Position numbers and translations under genes: made by a program. The notes beneath the pieces are model-generated. The model had not been told where the DNA came from. It saw only the letters and a list, made by a program, of their open reading frames with translations, and ran no database searches. DNA of 64,000 nt from Emiliania huxleyi CCMP1516 (Eukaryota), in NCBI RefSeq assembly GCF_000372725.1, contig NW_005201287.1, forward strand, positions 961,081 through 1,025,080, given 5' to 3'. Below, one piece after another: positions 45,101 to 57,401 of the stretch. Within the stretch, counting starts at the first letter, position 1. Every line of letters begins with the position of its first letter.

Positions 45101-47833
45101 CTAGTCTGGCGCGCACAAGTCGAACTCGTTCGCGGCGCACCGACGCGCGAGCCATGCCCCGTCGAACACGCGCGACACGACCTCCACCGCGAGACCGTTG
45201 CGAGGCAGGTCCACGATCAGCGAGCACGTCCCCTCGTCCGGCCGCGACCGCACGGCAAAGGGCACGCCGTCTCCTCGAAGGACCCGCGCGAGCTCGGTCA
45301 GATTCCCGACTGAGAGCACCTCCCGGTGGTCGAGCCACTGGTCGTATGTGCCGTGCGTCAGGTCGCGCAGCGCCTCGACGTACTCGGCGAGTTGCGAGAC
45401 GTTGAAGGGCACCGCCGGCCGCAGCCCGTCGGAGCTCACCCAGTCGGCGGTGTCGTAGCGCACCACGTGCCACTCGTGGCTGTCCGGCCACTCCGCCCAC
45501 GCCAGGGTCGTGCACGGCCCGTCCGCCATCGGCCCGCGGTGCTGCTGGACGGGCGAGCCGCCGAGGTAGCGGACGGCGAAGTCGATCGCCGCGCGCGGGT
45601 CGGCTCCCGCCATCGTCGTCTTGTTGGTGTCTGCGTCGCCGGGCGAGTATGCGACGCCGAGGTCGAGGCTCGGAAGAGGCGGGGCCGAGGCGCGCAGGCG
45701 CCGCCGGCGCTTGGGCGAGCAGAATTGGTCGGTGGAGGAGAAGCGCACGTGGCACGGCGGGAGGGCGGGCAGGTACCAGTCGCCGAGCACCTCGACAATG
45801 TGGCCCGTGCCTGGGATCGCGACGTAGATGGACTGGTACACGCCTGCGCTCTGGCCGGTGAAGAAGGGGACTCCGTCGCGCAGCAAGTCGGCTGCGATCA
45901 GGTCCGAGGGGCGGGCGTAGAAGCCGAGGTGGAAGTCGAAGTACTACGGCGGCGGCGGCGTCAGTGCCTTGCCGGGCGGATAGGCCGGCGGCAGAGGCGG
46001 CGGCGTGGGGGCGAGGCTGGGCGGGAGTGGCGGCGAGGGCGGCGGCGTGGGCGCCTTGCCTGGTTCCAGTGATGCCCAGTGTTGACGGACAGGTTGCCGA
46101 AGAGCAGCGTCATCGCGGCGGTGTGCGCGGCGGTGTCGTACGCCCCTCCAGGCTTGCGCGGGTTGGAGACGAAGCGGAGCTCGAGGCCGCCGCCGCGAAA
46201 GTCGGCGTGACGCGGCAGCCGCACGGACACCTCGCGCGGCGGGCGCTCGTCGGCTTTCCCAAGGCAGCGCGGCCGGCTGTCCGAGAGGAGGGTGGCGCCA
46301 AAGTAGCGTATTGCAAAGTCCGCAGACGACCTCGGGTCGATCGAGGCGTAAGAGTGGCCCTGCACTGTCGGCCAGGAGGGGCCGGGCCGGGAGGGGCCGC
46401 CGGCCGCCATCGACGGCGCGCGGCAGGCGAGCGGCAGCGCGGACGGAGCCCAGCCTGCGCGGGCGGCGGCGTCGCACAGACGAGCCACCCACGCCTGCGA
46501 GCTGGCGAGGCCGGTGCAGTTGTACACGGCGCCTTCGTCGAGCACGCAAGCGGGCTTACCCTCGATGCTCATCGTGCACGACTTGCACGCCGTCTTCGGG
46601 CGGCTGCTGTGGTGGCCGCACAGCGTGTGCGTGCGAGCGACAGCCTCGGCGAGGAGCGTAGCGCCCTCGGCCCCGCGCACGCAGGCGTCGATCGCATCGG
46701 CGGTGGCCGAAGGCACGCTGTAGCGCTGCAGGCAGGCGTGCGTGTTTCCCGGGATGCGGCTCGCGGCTGTGGTGTTGAAAGGGCGGCCGCCCTCGGCCTC
46801 GGCGGCGCAGCGCAGGAAGAGGAGCCAGTTCAGATGCGCGGGCAGGCCGCGGGTGTCCACGTCGACGTGCGACGGCCAGTGCTTGTGCGTGCAGAGCTGC
46901 GCCTTGTTGCCCACGCACTCGCTCTCTCCGTGGAGGCACGCGACGCCGCCGCCCGCCGTCCGCTCGCCGAGGAAAGAGAGCCTCACCTGCTCACCGCAAC
47001 ACGCCTGTGGGAGAGAGGCAGGGAGAGAGGGGGGAGAGAGGCAGGGAGAGAGTCTTGCCTCGACGAGTTCGCCCACTGCCTGCAGCACCGGCTCGAGCAT
47101 CCGCTCGCACCTAATGGAGGAGCGGGCTCATTCACCGCTCGGCAAGAGAAGCAGCGCCGGCTCGCCGATCGCACCGGCTCGCATCGGGGCACTTTGAGGC
47201 GACAAAGAGGTCGAGCGTGACGCGGCGCGGCGGCGGCGGCGGCGGCGGCAACAGCGGCGTGGGAGGCGCGGCCATCACAGCCATTGGCCGGGTCGGCGGC
47301 GCCACCGCGACGGGGATGGGTACGGCGATGGGTGGGCACTCTGGCTTAGGCCACGCGGGATCTTGGAATGCCTGCACCTCGAAGCGATAGCACCCGAGGC
47401 CGTCTGCGAGCACGTCATAAAAGTTGAAGGCGTACACTGCGAAGCGGATCGAGTGGCCGGGCGCCGTCACGCGCACAACGCGCGGTCCGAGAGCGGTGAG
47501 ATGCGAGTGCCAAGCGTCAACCTCTCGGGTGCCGGGAACGACGAGGGTGTACGTCACCGGAGGCGCGTCTTTCGAGCCTTCCGGGCCTTTCGGACACGTC
47601 GGCGCCGGGCGGCTGTCACACACGCCGAGGTAGTGGCTCGGAGCCGCGTGGAAGATGCGGCACAGCGAAGCTTGCTTGGTGCCGTTCACCTCTGCAAAGC
47701 CGAGCGACGTGAGGAAGTGTGCGCCGCTGGTGAGAGACGTAGCGTAGAACCAGGTGATTTGCTGGGAGACCTCCGGACGCGAGTCTGGTGTGGCGAGAGC
47801 GACAGCGAGGGCGAAGCCGAAGGCGGCTACCAT
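45101..47833 (-). CDS. Secreted multidomain protein: VOC/glyoxalase domain + GILT thiol-reductase-like domain + two further VOC-like modules; 3 introns
   Basis: Signal MVAAFGFALAVALA; QQITWFY...CRIFH...YLGVC...VDAWH...FEVQAFQDPAWP (VOC); LFVASKCPDA...CLHGESECVGNKAQLC (GILT); DPRSSADFAIRYFG / DPRAAIDFAVRYLG internal repeat. Confidence 0.7.
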
Positions 47834-48711
47834 ACACACACATGTGTATTCCGGCGAAAGAAGAATTCGCGCGGTTGAGGGAGAAACTCCCCCCCGGCAA
47901 ATGATCGCAGTGGGCGTCAGAAGAGTCGTCCTTGCGCGAGGAGAGCTCGATAAACTCGAGTTGCCAAAATATGCCGCGAGGAGTTGGTTCTTGCACTTGT
48001 GCAAGATTGGGCGTCTTCTGCAGCAGTCCCTTTGTTTGATGGGAGGCCCCAGGGTGGGGGCCACCTTGAACCCCTGGCCAGGGATTCGAGCGGAGGGTGC
48101 CCCGGATTCATCTATCCGTAGGGCCCCGGTACATTCATTAGAACTGATCACTTTGCGCAGCAGCCGTCCCTTCGCCACTGGACGGCAGTGCGCTGCGCTG
48201 TCGCTCTGTCGAGCACGCTCTCGTGCTTCGTTGTGACGCGGGAGTAAAGTTGAGAAGCAGCCCTCGACGAGACGACCGGCGCCGCGATGCCGGACCTCAC
48301 CGCCGCCGAGCTCAGCATTCCGGCCGAGCAGAACCCCGATCCCGCAAAATCACTGGTAATTCCTGTCGACTCAACAGTGGTATCCTCTACCCGGCGCTGC
48401 ATTCCGTGGTCGGTGGTGAACAATCCGGCCTTCCTCAATCTGCCGCCCCTCCTCCTCCAGGGATGCAAGCGTCGTGGGTCCAGATTCCGCAGTGGGCCGC
48501 CATCAGTGGCCTTCTCCCGTTTTGTGAGCCCGATCCCGCTGTGGCCAGCTACTTTGATAGACTCAGCGTCCTGCGGCTGTCCATCTTGGCCGCGGCGTGG
48601 CGCCGCATCCTCGGTGCCTTGTCCGACCTTGGCGTATTCGCCACAGTGCACGTGGATGAGGACGCCTGGTCTCCATTGCGCTTTGTGCACTGGCGACGCT
48701 GCAACGGCGAC

Positions 48712-49229
48712 GCTGCAGCGGCGGCGACGCTGCTGCGATGGGGTACTGTAGCCCTTAGCTGCTGGACAGCACCTTGTGCAGTGGCAATGTCCACTGACTC
48801 ATGGCACCAGCCTTGTGAAAGGAGCGCCGCTGTGGTCAGTTGCGCTTTGTGCGCCGGTGGCGCTGCAGGGGCGACGACACTGCAGCGGCGACGCTGCTGC
48901 GGTGCTGCGCCTGCACAGCACCTTTGAGCTTTGTGCACAGTGGCAATGACTCCCGGCACTTGATGTCCTCAAATGTCCACAGAGAGTATACTGGTTGTGC
49001 TCAGGTTGTGCTACATCAACAGGGTGCAACTGGAGAGGCTGCAACTAAGGGATGAAACAGCTTTGCAACTGCTGCCCAAGTTTTGTTGATGGGCTGCAAC
49101 TGCATCCTGCCACCTTGGACACCTCGACACCTCAGAGATGCCTCTTGACAACACTCGACACCCGCTCGACACCCTCGACACCCTCAACACCCTCGACACT
49201 CCTCGACACCCCTCGACACCCCTCGACAC
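48712..49229 (-). mobile_element. Dispersed repeat family B, copy 2 (inverted relative to 28022-28529), ending in CCTCGACAC satellite
   Basis: Reverse-complement match read directly. Confidence 0.75.
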
Positions 49230-50405
49230 TAAAAGCACTGAACAGTGCGCAGTGGATCACCATGTCGGTCGCGCCCTGCGAAAGGACAACCGTGGGCCGC
49301 GGATGCTTGCTCGGACGCGGCCCCGCCGCGCGAGTTGCAGGCCCGGAGGAGACCGACCCAGCTCATCCCCAGAGAGGCCATGCCAAGGGGTCAGCCCTTG
49401 ATGTGGGTGGCTCTTTGGCCAAAACTTTTACGCATCATCTGGCCTACACTGTCTGACATGGCACATGGGGAAGACGCTGAAGGGGAGGAGGATGGCCCTT
49501 GCCGCGGCTGTGGCGGCGACGGAGCGGATCCCCAGGCTCGGGAGGGGGCAGACGCGGCCCCACTGCCGAGCCACATCCTCTGCCGGCCCAGTACCAATGG
49601 GGCGAGGTACCGACCAAGATAGCGCACAGGATGGCCGCCGCCATCCCCCCCGGCATTGCTGGGTGCGGCCGCATGTGCGCGATTGCGGGGCCGCAGCGCT
49701 GGCGACTCCGCGGGCTTTTTTCTCTTCTCTGACGCGACCAACGCTTCTGGGTACGAGAGCCAGGACGCGCTCGCCCTCGCCGCGTCGGGCGCGGCATCGC
49801 AGTCGCTTTCGCCCGGCATCGGTTCGTGCTGCGTTTTCGACAGACGACAGACGGAGTGCCGCAGAGCAGCGAGCACACAGGCACACAGGGAGCCGACCGT
49901 GAGCGGCTCGTTCGGCTCGTCGGCTCGGCGGCGGCGACGTGGACGCGAGTTTGAACAGATGTTTTTCTTTTCTGAAGATGACAAGGCGGATTTGAATCAT
50001 GTAGTCCCCACAATCGCTGACGTGGGATCGCTTGTCATGTGAGAGAGTGCGTTGTGTTCTTGTTTCGTATCCCTTTCTCTTCCGTAGATGTATGTATGTA
50101 GGAAGGTGAAGAACAGCCAGGCTCGGACTGGACACCAACGCGGTATGGGTGGACGCGAGACAGATGATGACGACACACGCACGAACGACACACAGACAGA
50201 CACAAACAAGCTCACAAGACACACAGCCAGCTGGCTGCCACACACCCTGAGTTGGCGTACACATAACTCAAGGCCACATCCTCCCTGTCGCCCCCCCCAG
50301 CACTCCAAGGTGCCAAGAGAACAAACGTAGAGAAGAAAACGGGAAAAAAAAGCTCCAGAAAGAAACAGATCGGAATCACCGTGCTCCGGGCTCCGGCGCG
50401 CTCAC

Positions 50406-50999
50406 ATGCTCCGCTCCTCGCTGCGACTGACCTCGCGAGTCCCTGCCGCGTCGCAGCGGCTCGCGCGCCCGGCGCTGCTCGCGCGCCGCGGGCTCGCGAC
50501 CAAGTTCAGCAAGGCGCGCGCTGCAAACTTCTGGCGTCTCCATCCACACGTCTGCCGTGCGCTGACGCAGACTGTTTGCCGCAGGACCACGAATGGGTGA
50601 AGGTCGAAGGCAAAGTCGCGACGGTCGGTATCACCGACCACGCGCAGGAGCAGCTTGGCGACGTCGTCTTCGTCGACCTCCCAGAGGCGCGGCAAACGTG
50701 GTGACCACAGCGAAGTGCTGTCGCGCACTGAGATGGCGCGTGCCTGCGCACAGGTGGGCGCAGTCGTGAAAAAAGACGATACCATGGGCGCGGTCGAGTC
50801 GGTGAAGGCGGCGAGCGACGTGTACGCCCCAGTCTCGGGAGAAGTCACCGACGTCAACGGGGCGCTGAACGACGAGCCCGCATTGATCAACAGCAGCGCC
50901 GAGTCGGACGGCTGGATGTGCAAGGTCAAGCTATCGAAACCGGACGAGCTGGACGGCTTGATGGATGCGGATGCGTACAAGAAATTCTGCAACGAGTAG
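50406..50999 (+). CDS. GCSH: Glycine cleavage system H protein, mitochondrial; GC-AG introns 50514-50584 and 50687-50752
   Basis: Transit peptide, then [31 protein letters not shown], lipoyl-Lys motif [26 protein letters not shown]. Confidence 0.97.
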
Positions 51000-51308
51000 T
51001 GTAGCAGCGCGCCGAGACTGGGCAGGGAAGCGGTACGGTGGCTGGGCTGGGCAGGGTTGCGCCTTCCCCTTTTTGTCGCTCACATATCTGTTGTTAGATA
51101 ACGTCTCTCGTCTGCTGAACTTTTTCGTCGCTGCTACCACACTCCCACGGAACTTGTGCTACACACGCGGCGACCTCAGACCGCTCCTGACGACGAGGTG
51201 TGCCGTTCGCGGCTGGCGCGTCCGAGGTCCGTGTGGTCGCCGCGCGTAGCGCGCGGGTCGCCGGCAGCCGGCACACATGTTCAGACTCATCACCATCAGC
51301 TCTCGCTT

Positions 51309-52625
51309 TCAGCCGGTGGACGCGAGGAGGCGGAGCCTGCCCGCGGCGAGTTGGTAAGACCAGCTCTGCGAATCCTCGGCGGCGCCGCCCTCCGCGAGCG
51401 TCGGCGCGAGGGGCCGGTGCAGCGACACGCGCCACTGGTCGCGGTGGCCGACTGCCCGCGCGGCCGCGCTTGGCGAGGCGAGGGAGGAGCGGTGCGCCTG
51501 CGGGCAGCGCGAGGGAGGAGGGAAATCAGCCGGGGCCGGGGCGTCGAGGAGCTTCGGAGGGGTGCTCCGCTCCTGCACCGCCAGCGGGGAGAGGGGCTGG
51601 GCGGAGAGGGGCTGGCTCGGCCCACACGCGTGCGCGTGGTCGGTCTCGATGCGGGCCTGCGGGCGGCGGCGGGGGGGGGGGCGGGTCACGCGAGGGAGGG
51701 CGCCTCCTGCCCGCCCGCCTGGGGGCGCAGCCAAGGACAGGCCGGGAGCTGCCTGCCAGAGGCGGGCGAGGGGCGGTCGCGCCTCTGCGTGCAGCCAGCG
51801 ACCGAACAGTGTCGCCTCCGCCGCCGTCGGAAGCCCGCCGCCGGGCCCGCCACCCAGGGCGACCACGAGGAGGCACCGCTTCTGCTCAATGCCCCGCCAC
51901 GCACCCGAGCCCTCCGTCTCCCCCGCCCCGCCGCCCGCCTCGCCGCCCGCCTCCGCCCCAGCGGCAGACACCGCCCCGCCCGCCGGCGCGGCCTTCGCAA
52001 GCTGCGCGTCGAGGTAGTCGGCCGCGTGAGCCGCGAGACACACCGCCGAGGAGAGGTGCATCAGCGGCGCACCGCCCTGCCACCGACGTGGCGACGCGCC
52101 GACGGGCGTCGCGACGCCGGGCGAGTCGCCAGGGGAGTCGCGCAGGCGCTTGTGCGGCGAGGCGGAGGGGGAGAGGACAATCTCGCGGAGGTCATCGATC
52201 AGCAGCGCGCTGATGGGCGGCGACGGGCGCGCAGGGGACGCCGCTTCCGACGCGTGTGTGCCCGCAGCGCTGCCCCCGCCGGCGGACGAGGCGGGAGCGG
52301 GCGCGGCGAGGTGGAAGCCGCAGAGGAGGTCCCGCAGCTGCTCGGCGGTGGAGACGTATTTGATTTGGATCAGCCGCAGCCGCGCCTCGTCGTCGCTCGC
52401 GCTCGCCGACGCCGCCGCCGCCTCGCGTGGCCTCACCGGCGGACGTCCCTCGACCAGCTCGCGAGAGGCGCACACGTACAGCGTCGCCTCTCCGCGCGCA
52501 GCACGGTTGTAGGCGAGCTGGAGGAGGAGAGAAGACTTGCCGCTGCGAGGCGGGCCGGAGAGGAGGAGCCGGGCGGGCAGCGCGTCGGCGTCAGTGCCGT
52601 CAGCGAAGAAGGACTGCATACGCAC
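51309..52625 (-). CDS. RecA/RAD51-paralog-like P-loop protein, SWSAP1-like; 3' structure uncertain
   Basis: Walker A LLLSGPPRSGKSSLL, LRLIQIKYVSTAEQLRDLLCGFHL and Walker B LLIDDL resemble the SWSAP1 layout. Confidence 0.65.
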   Translation of the reverse strand: MRMQSFFADGTDADALPARLLLSGPPRSGKSSLLLQLAYNRAARGEATLYVCASRELVEGRPPVRPREAAAASASASDDEARLRLIQIKYVSTAEQLRDLLCGFHLAAPAPASSAGGGSAAGTHASEAASPARPSPPISALLIDDLREIVLSPSASPHKRLRDSPGDSPGVATPVGASPRRWQGGAPLMHLSSAVCLAAHAADYLDAQLAKAAPAGGAVSAAGAEAGGEAGGGAGETEGSGAWRGIEQKRCLLVVALGGGPGGGLPTAAEATLFGRWLHAEARPPLARLWQAAPGLSLAAPPGGRAGGALPRVTRPPPRRRPQARIETDHAHACGPSQPLSAQPLSPLAVQERSTPPKLLDAPAPADFPPPSRCPQAHRSSLASPSAAARAVGHRDQWRVSLHRPLAPTLAEGGAAEDSQSWSYQLAAGRLRLLASTG

Positions 52626-52746
52626 ACATTTGGCGGGAGGGTCGAAATAAAGAATTCGCGCGCGGAGAAGAAGTCGAGAACGGCGAAGAAGAGAGAGAGA
52701 AGCGGTGTGCCGGTGTGTGTACAGCTGAATGAACGACTCGAGTGTA

Positions 52747-52808
52747 AAGAAAGAAAGAAAACAGACAACCCAAGGGAGGGATGGGAGGACGGCACGCCGC
52801 CACCACTC
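52747..52808 (+). repeat. Dispersed repeat family C, partial copy 3
   Basis: aagaaagaaagaaaacagacaacccaagggagggatgggaggacggcacgccgccaccac. Confidence 0.75.
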
Positions 52809-52999
52809 GAGTGTCGAGAGAGATTTTTAGCAAGTTTGTTTTGTACGACTCGTGACGGCGGCACGCGAGTCGAGAGTGAGTGGGACAACCGCGAGGTGGC
52901 ATGAAGGTCGCTGCGAGAGTGGGCGAGAAACTGCCGCGCGCGCCGTGCATCGTCCATCGACCGGCGTGCGTGCCCGCCAGCCACAGGCAGGGCCACAGG

Positions 53000-53499
53000 C
53001 TAGGGTGCCCACAGGGCCCAAAAAAGAACGAAGGAAAAAAGGCATGGGGCAAGCCCCATCGCAGCACTTCGTGTCGGAGAGTCGAGATATTGTGATTGTG
53101 ACTAGGAGGGAGGGACGCTGGGGATTCTCAAAGGTATACCCTTGGAATGGCCGGATCCAGCCTTGAAAGTACGAGATCGCGCGCGCTTCGCGCGCTGCAC
53201 CGCCTGTTCTCCGGCGCGGCTGAGTGACGACGCGTGCCGTGTGCCAGCAGAGTTGGGCGCGCGCGGCGCGACGGCGCCGGCGAGGGAAGGCGCGGGTGCA
53301 GCGGCCGCCGGCGGTCGTACCGCTCGCCGGCCAGCGCAGCAGCGGCCAGCGCAGCGGCCGCCGGCGCAGCAGCCAGAGCAGCCGGTGCGCGCCTTGCGAG
53401 GCGAGTACTGCCGCCCGGCAGCCTTGAGGCGGCCGGGCGGCAGTACTCGCTCGAGCTTTGCGAGCCGTGCGCGCGCCGAGGCGCGCGCGGCGCGCGCCC
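53000..53499 (+). mobile_element. Dispersed repeat family A, copy 2
   Basis: Near-identical to 8965-9463. Confidence 0.75.
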
Positions 53500-54264
53500 G
53501 CCCGGCTGCCAGTAGGAGGCGGCGCAATATGGCCTATAGTACAGCCCTTGAGGAGGAGGAAGAGGCTGGCTGGCAGTGCTGTATGCCGCCGAGGGGCAGT
53601 TTTGGGGTGCTGTCCCCATCCCAGGGGGCTGCTAGCAGAACGCGTCCGCAGCCGGGACAACCCGCCCCCCCAGCCGAGGCCGGTCGAAGCCCACTTGGGC
53701 ACAGCCATGAGGAGTCCTCTTGGTGCTCCTGGCGGCCGTTCAAAGGTCGGGCGCGCGCCGATGGGGGGGGGGGGGGTCTTGCTTGCTCCACACCGAGCGC
53801 CATCGGTCCGGACCGGTGCGCCCAATGAGGGTAGGCCTGCACAAGGTCTGAGCCGCGGGCGCTCGGCGCCAAGTGCAGTGTCACGCTCGCACGCGAAGGG
53901 GACACTGGGAAACCCTCGTTTCCTAGTCACTCGGTCCCCCAACGGAAGAGGCCTCGCTCCTATTGGAACACTCCAACATCAGATTTGCCTCGTGCGTCCC
54001 TTTTTGAGGCGGAAAGCTATTTTCTTTTGAATCCTGTGTGTGGGCATCCTACACAGGCACATACAGACAGCATTAATCAATCTCAACTTATGATAGCGCT
54101 AAAATTATCTCAATCTCGAAGCCATGCGAACGAAAGAAAGAAGGAAATTTCATGTCCCTGTCCCACTCCTTCCCTCCCCTCGTATCACATGCAATAACAT
54201 ACCAAAACATGCAAGTTCAAAAGGAAAACGCGTGACACGCAGCCCTGTGCCCCCAGCAGCAGCG

Positions 54265-55522
54265 ATGCGGCCGAGGTCGGGACGCCGCCGCTCCGCCACC
54301 TTCCCGGCCGGCCAGGCGGCGGTCCCCGCGCGCGCCTACTGGGGCAGCTCGCTGGAGAGGGCCCAGTTGCCAGACACAGTCACGACCATCGGCGCATCCG
54401 CCTTTCACGGCTGCACACGCCTAACTTCGGTGAGCATCCCAGCGTCCGTGACGAGCATCGGCGAGAGCGCCTTTGCTTGCTGCACGGAGTTAACTTCGGT
54501 CGTCCTACCCGACTCTGTCACCACCCTCGGCGCTGGCGCCTTTGCTGGCTGCTCGTCCCTCGCCTCGGTGAAGCTGCCGCGTGGCTTGCTCGTTGTGAAT
54601 GCGCGTGCCTTTGCCTGCTGCACCTCGCTCACCTCAATCAGTCTACCGGAGACCATCACAACAATCGGCGAGGGCGCCTTCAGCGCCTGCTCCTCGCTCA
54701 CCTCGGCCGCGCTCCCAAATTCCACCCGGTCCCTCGGCACGAGAGCGTTTGCGCGCTGCTCCTCGCTGGAGCGCGTGGAGATGCCCGCGGCCATCGCCAG
54801 CATCGGCGCGAGCGCGTTCCTCGGGTGCTCCTCGCTGGCGCACGTCCGCCTGCCGATCTCAGTCGTGACACTCGGCGAGCGGGCCTTTGACCAGTGCTCC
54901 TCGCTGGCGCACGTCGAGGTGCCCGTTGGCGCCCGCGTGGGCCCGAATGCCTTTCGAGGCTGCTTGGGGCACCTGCAAGACGGGGCGGCGGAGAATATGG
55001 GCGAGACCCTCCCCAGGGCGGGCTGGTGGCCGCCGTCGCCGCGCATCGCGCGGGCGCCGCCGTCAACCCCCAAGCTTTCGAGCCGCAGGTCGCAGCCGGA
55101 GTGCGAGGTGTACGTGCGCGGCACCTACCCGTCTCGCCACTGTGGTGGCGCTGGCAGTCGGCCGTGGCACCTCTCCTATCGCAAGCGCAAGCTGCGATTC
55201 CTGGGTGGGACGAGGACGACCTACCGCGAGGTCTCATCTCTTCAGTTGTACGCTCTGTTGGTAGCGCTCATCATATGTTCCCCGTTGTACTCTGTTTGGA
55301 CAGGTCGAGATCGAGGGCTACGAGCGCGGCAGCATCGTGGCGGCGATGGTCAAGAGCTGGAAGCGCTACGAGCTCGAGCTCGAGCTGGTCAACTTGGGCG
55401 CGGACGGGGCGCTGCGGCGGCTGCGGCTGCGGTGCGTGTCGCGCGACCTCTTTCGGGTGCTGCTCAAGCTGCTCAGCCCGCTCCTCGCAGAGCCGCCGGG
55501 CCGCGCGCAGGCTCGCCTGTAG
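54265..55522 (+). CDS. BspA-type leucine-rich repeat (LRR_5) protein with a basic C-terminal domain; intron 55231-55303
   Basis: About 9 repeats of LxxxxLPxxxxxIGxxAFxxCxx. The frame continues after a GT-AG intron to ...GRAQARL*. Confidence 0.85.
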
Positions 55523-56474
55523 AGCGGGGAGAGGGCCCAAAGCCCAAACAGCGCAAACTTTGTGAAAAGTAGCTATGTGAAACGTCACTTGTCAGACACT
55601 TGACACTTGTCTGATCTCTCCGCGTGACTGAGTCCGGTGAGTGTCTCGCGGTTTTTGAAAGTACATAAATCTTCAGACTGACCCCCTCCGCGCGGCGTCT
55701 TCATACTCGCTCTGTTTGAACGCGCTTTTGGGCGGACTGCCCGCGGTCTGGGGCGAGTGGCGTCTGCGCTCCGCCGCCTCGTCCGGGGCCCCGGCGCGCT
55801 CTCGCCCGCCCATGCGCCCCGCGCCGCCCCGCCCGGGGGAGTCGCGGGGGGGGGGGGGGGGGGTAGGGGGGGGTATGATCGCATTCGATTCGACGATTCG
55901 TGGGTTTTAGGGGGGGTGATCGCATTCGATTGGGATTTGGGTTAAGACATAAGAGAGCGCTGTCCGACTGAGTCTGACTGTTACCTGTTAGTCGTGTCGG
56001 GCATGGTCTGCAGCAGCTGCAGCGCCGCCTCGCACAAGCGGTCAAAGGCAGCTTCGCCTCGCGGTCTGCCGCCGAGCATGTGATTGCACATGTTGAGTGT
56101 GCAGGGGGGGTGCGCTGCGACCCGCGTGCAGCACGGCCGCCAGGGCGTTGGCAGACCCGATCCCGCTGACGCCGCACAGCCTCTCGAGGAGGGCGTCGCG
56201 CAGCACCGGCCCGATATAGGCAGCCCGCCGCGGCCGGCGGCAGAAAAATCTGACCTCAGCGACGCCTCGGCGGGGACGAGCGTCCCAGCTGGGAGCACGG
56301 AGCAGGCCCTCGCGTTGATGTATGATGAGCGACTGGCATAATAAGGAATTTCCTTCTGACAGTACACCTTTTTTCACCAGAAAACCTGGTAGAGGAGGAC
56401 CCGCGGGCAGTTTCGGCACCAGCCTCCGGCCAAGAACTGTGGCAGCGCCCGCACGCTCAGTTCTACATCACTCC

Positions 56475-57302
56475 TCAACGAGCACATTCGAGGCTCACCG
56501 GGTTCAGGAGAGCTGACTGCTGCAGAGAGGGCCAGTTGAGGACAACCAGGCACACGAGAGGAACCAGCTCCGGAATCCAGTTGGTGCCGACGAGCCAGGC
56601 ACTCTTCTTGACGTGTTTGGCACCTTCGATCGGCATGAGGAGCTCACACACGATCCTTACAATGCACGAACCCATCGCTCCCAAAATAGCTCCGACAAGG
56701 GTCCAGGCCTGGGACGCGCTCAGATACGCGACGGCGCTGGACGTGCGCCGGAATGTCGACGGTAGTATGGCCCCGAGGAGCACGAGTAGCAGCACGGTCA
56801 TCACCAGTGAGGCAGTGCGCCGCACATTTCCACGGACATTCCCGCGATCATGCGCTCCGTGATCGCAATCGGCACCAAAGGGAATCGGGTCGTCCGGGCG
56901 TCCACAATTGATTGCTGAGAATACCGCCCAGAGCAGTACAAACACCGACCACAAGACACCGCAAGTGTGGGCGGCACGTCGCGCCTTGGTGTAGGTGTGA
57001 TGGCGAGCTCCGTTGTACCCGTCGACAAATGGATCTGCCAAGCATCGCAGGAATGCCCAGAAGAAGAATGCTTCGCTGAGCGCATTCAAGAAAAGAGGCA
57101 CGAGTGGCGATGGAGTCCCGCTCAGTTCTCCAGCAAAGAGGCTGGCTCCCCAGCATGTTCGCATCAGGCAGAACAGAGCTGCAAGGCCAAAGGCAGGCCG
57201 TTGCCGTTTGCGGCATGCCATGAAGCAAAGGGATCCGAGAAGGGCCATAGCGTACAGGCCAACACTTACACCGGTGAATCCAATGCAACGAGCAGGGCCA
57301 AT

Positions 57303-57343
<41 letters not shown>

Positions 57344-57401
57344 TGCCGCCGGGGCCGTCACCGCCGCCGCCGGGGCCGCCGGGGCCTTGCGTGATCATCA
57401 C
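56475..57401 (-). CDS. Seven-TM membrane protein (GPR137/TOM1-like)
   Basis: About 7 hydrophobic segments, LFCLMRT, and C-terminal WIPELVPLVCL. Confidence 0.55.

Noticed and set aside
48148..48927. ORFs on both strands next to repeat B
   Set aside because: No domain evidence, they partly translate the repeat, and the strand cannot be decided.
50514..50752. GCSH introns as exon-copy introns
   Set aside because: They have GC donors but no convincing similarity to the downstream exon start; they may be old or of different origin.
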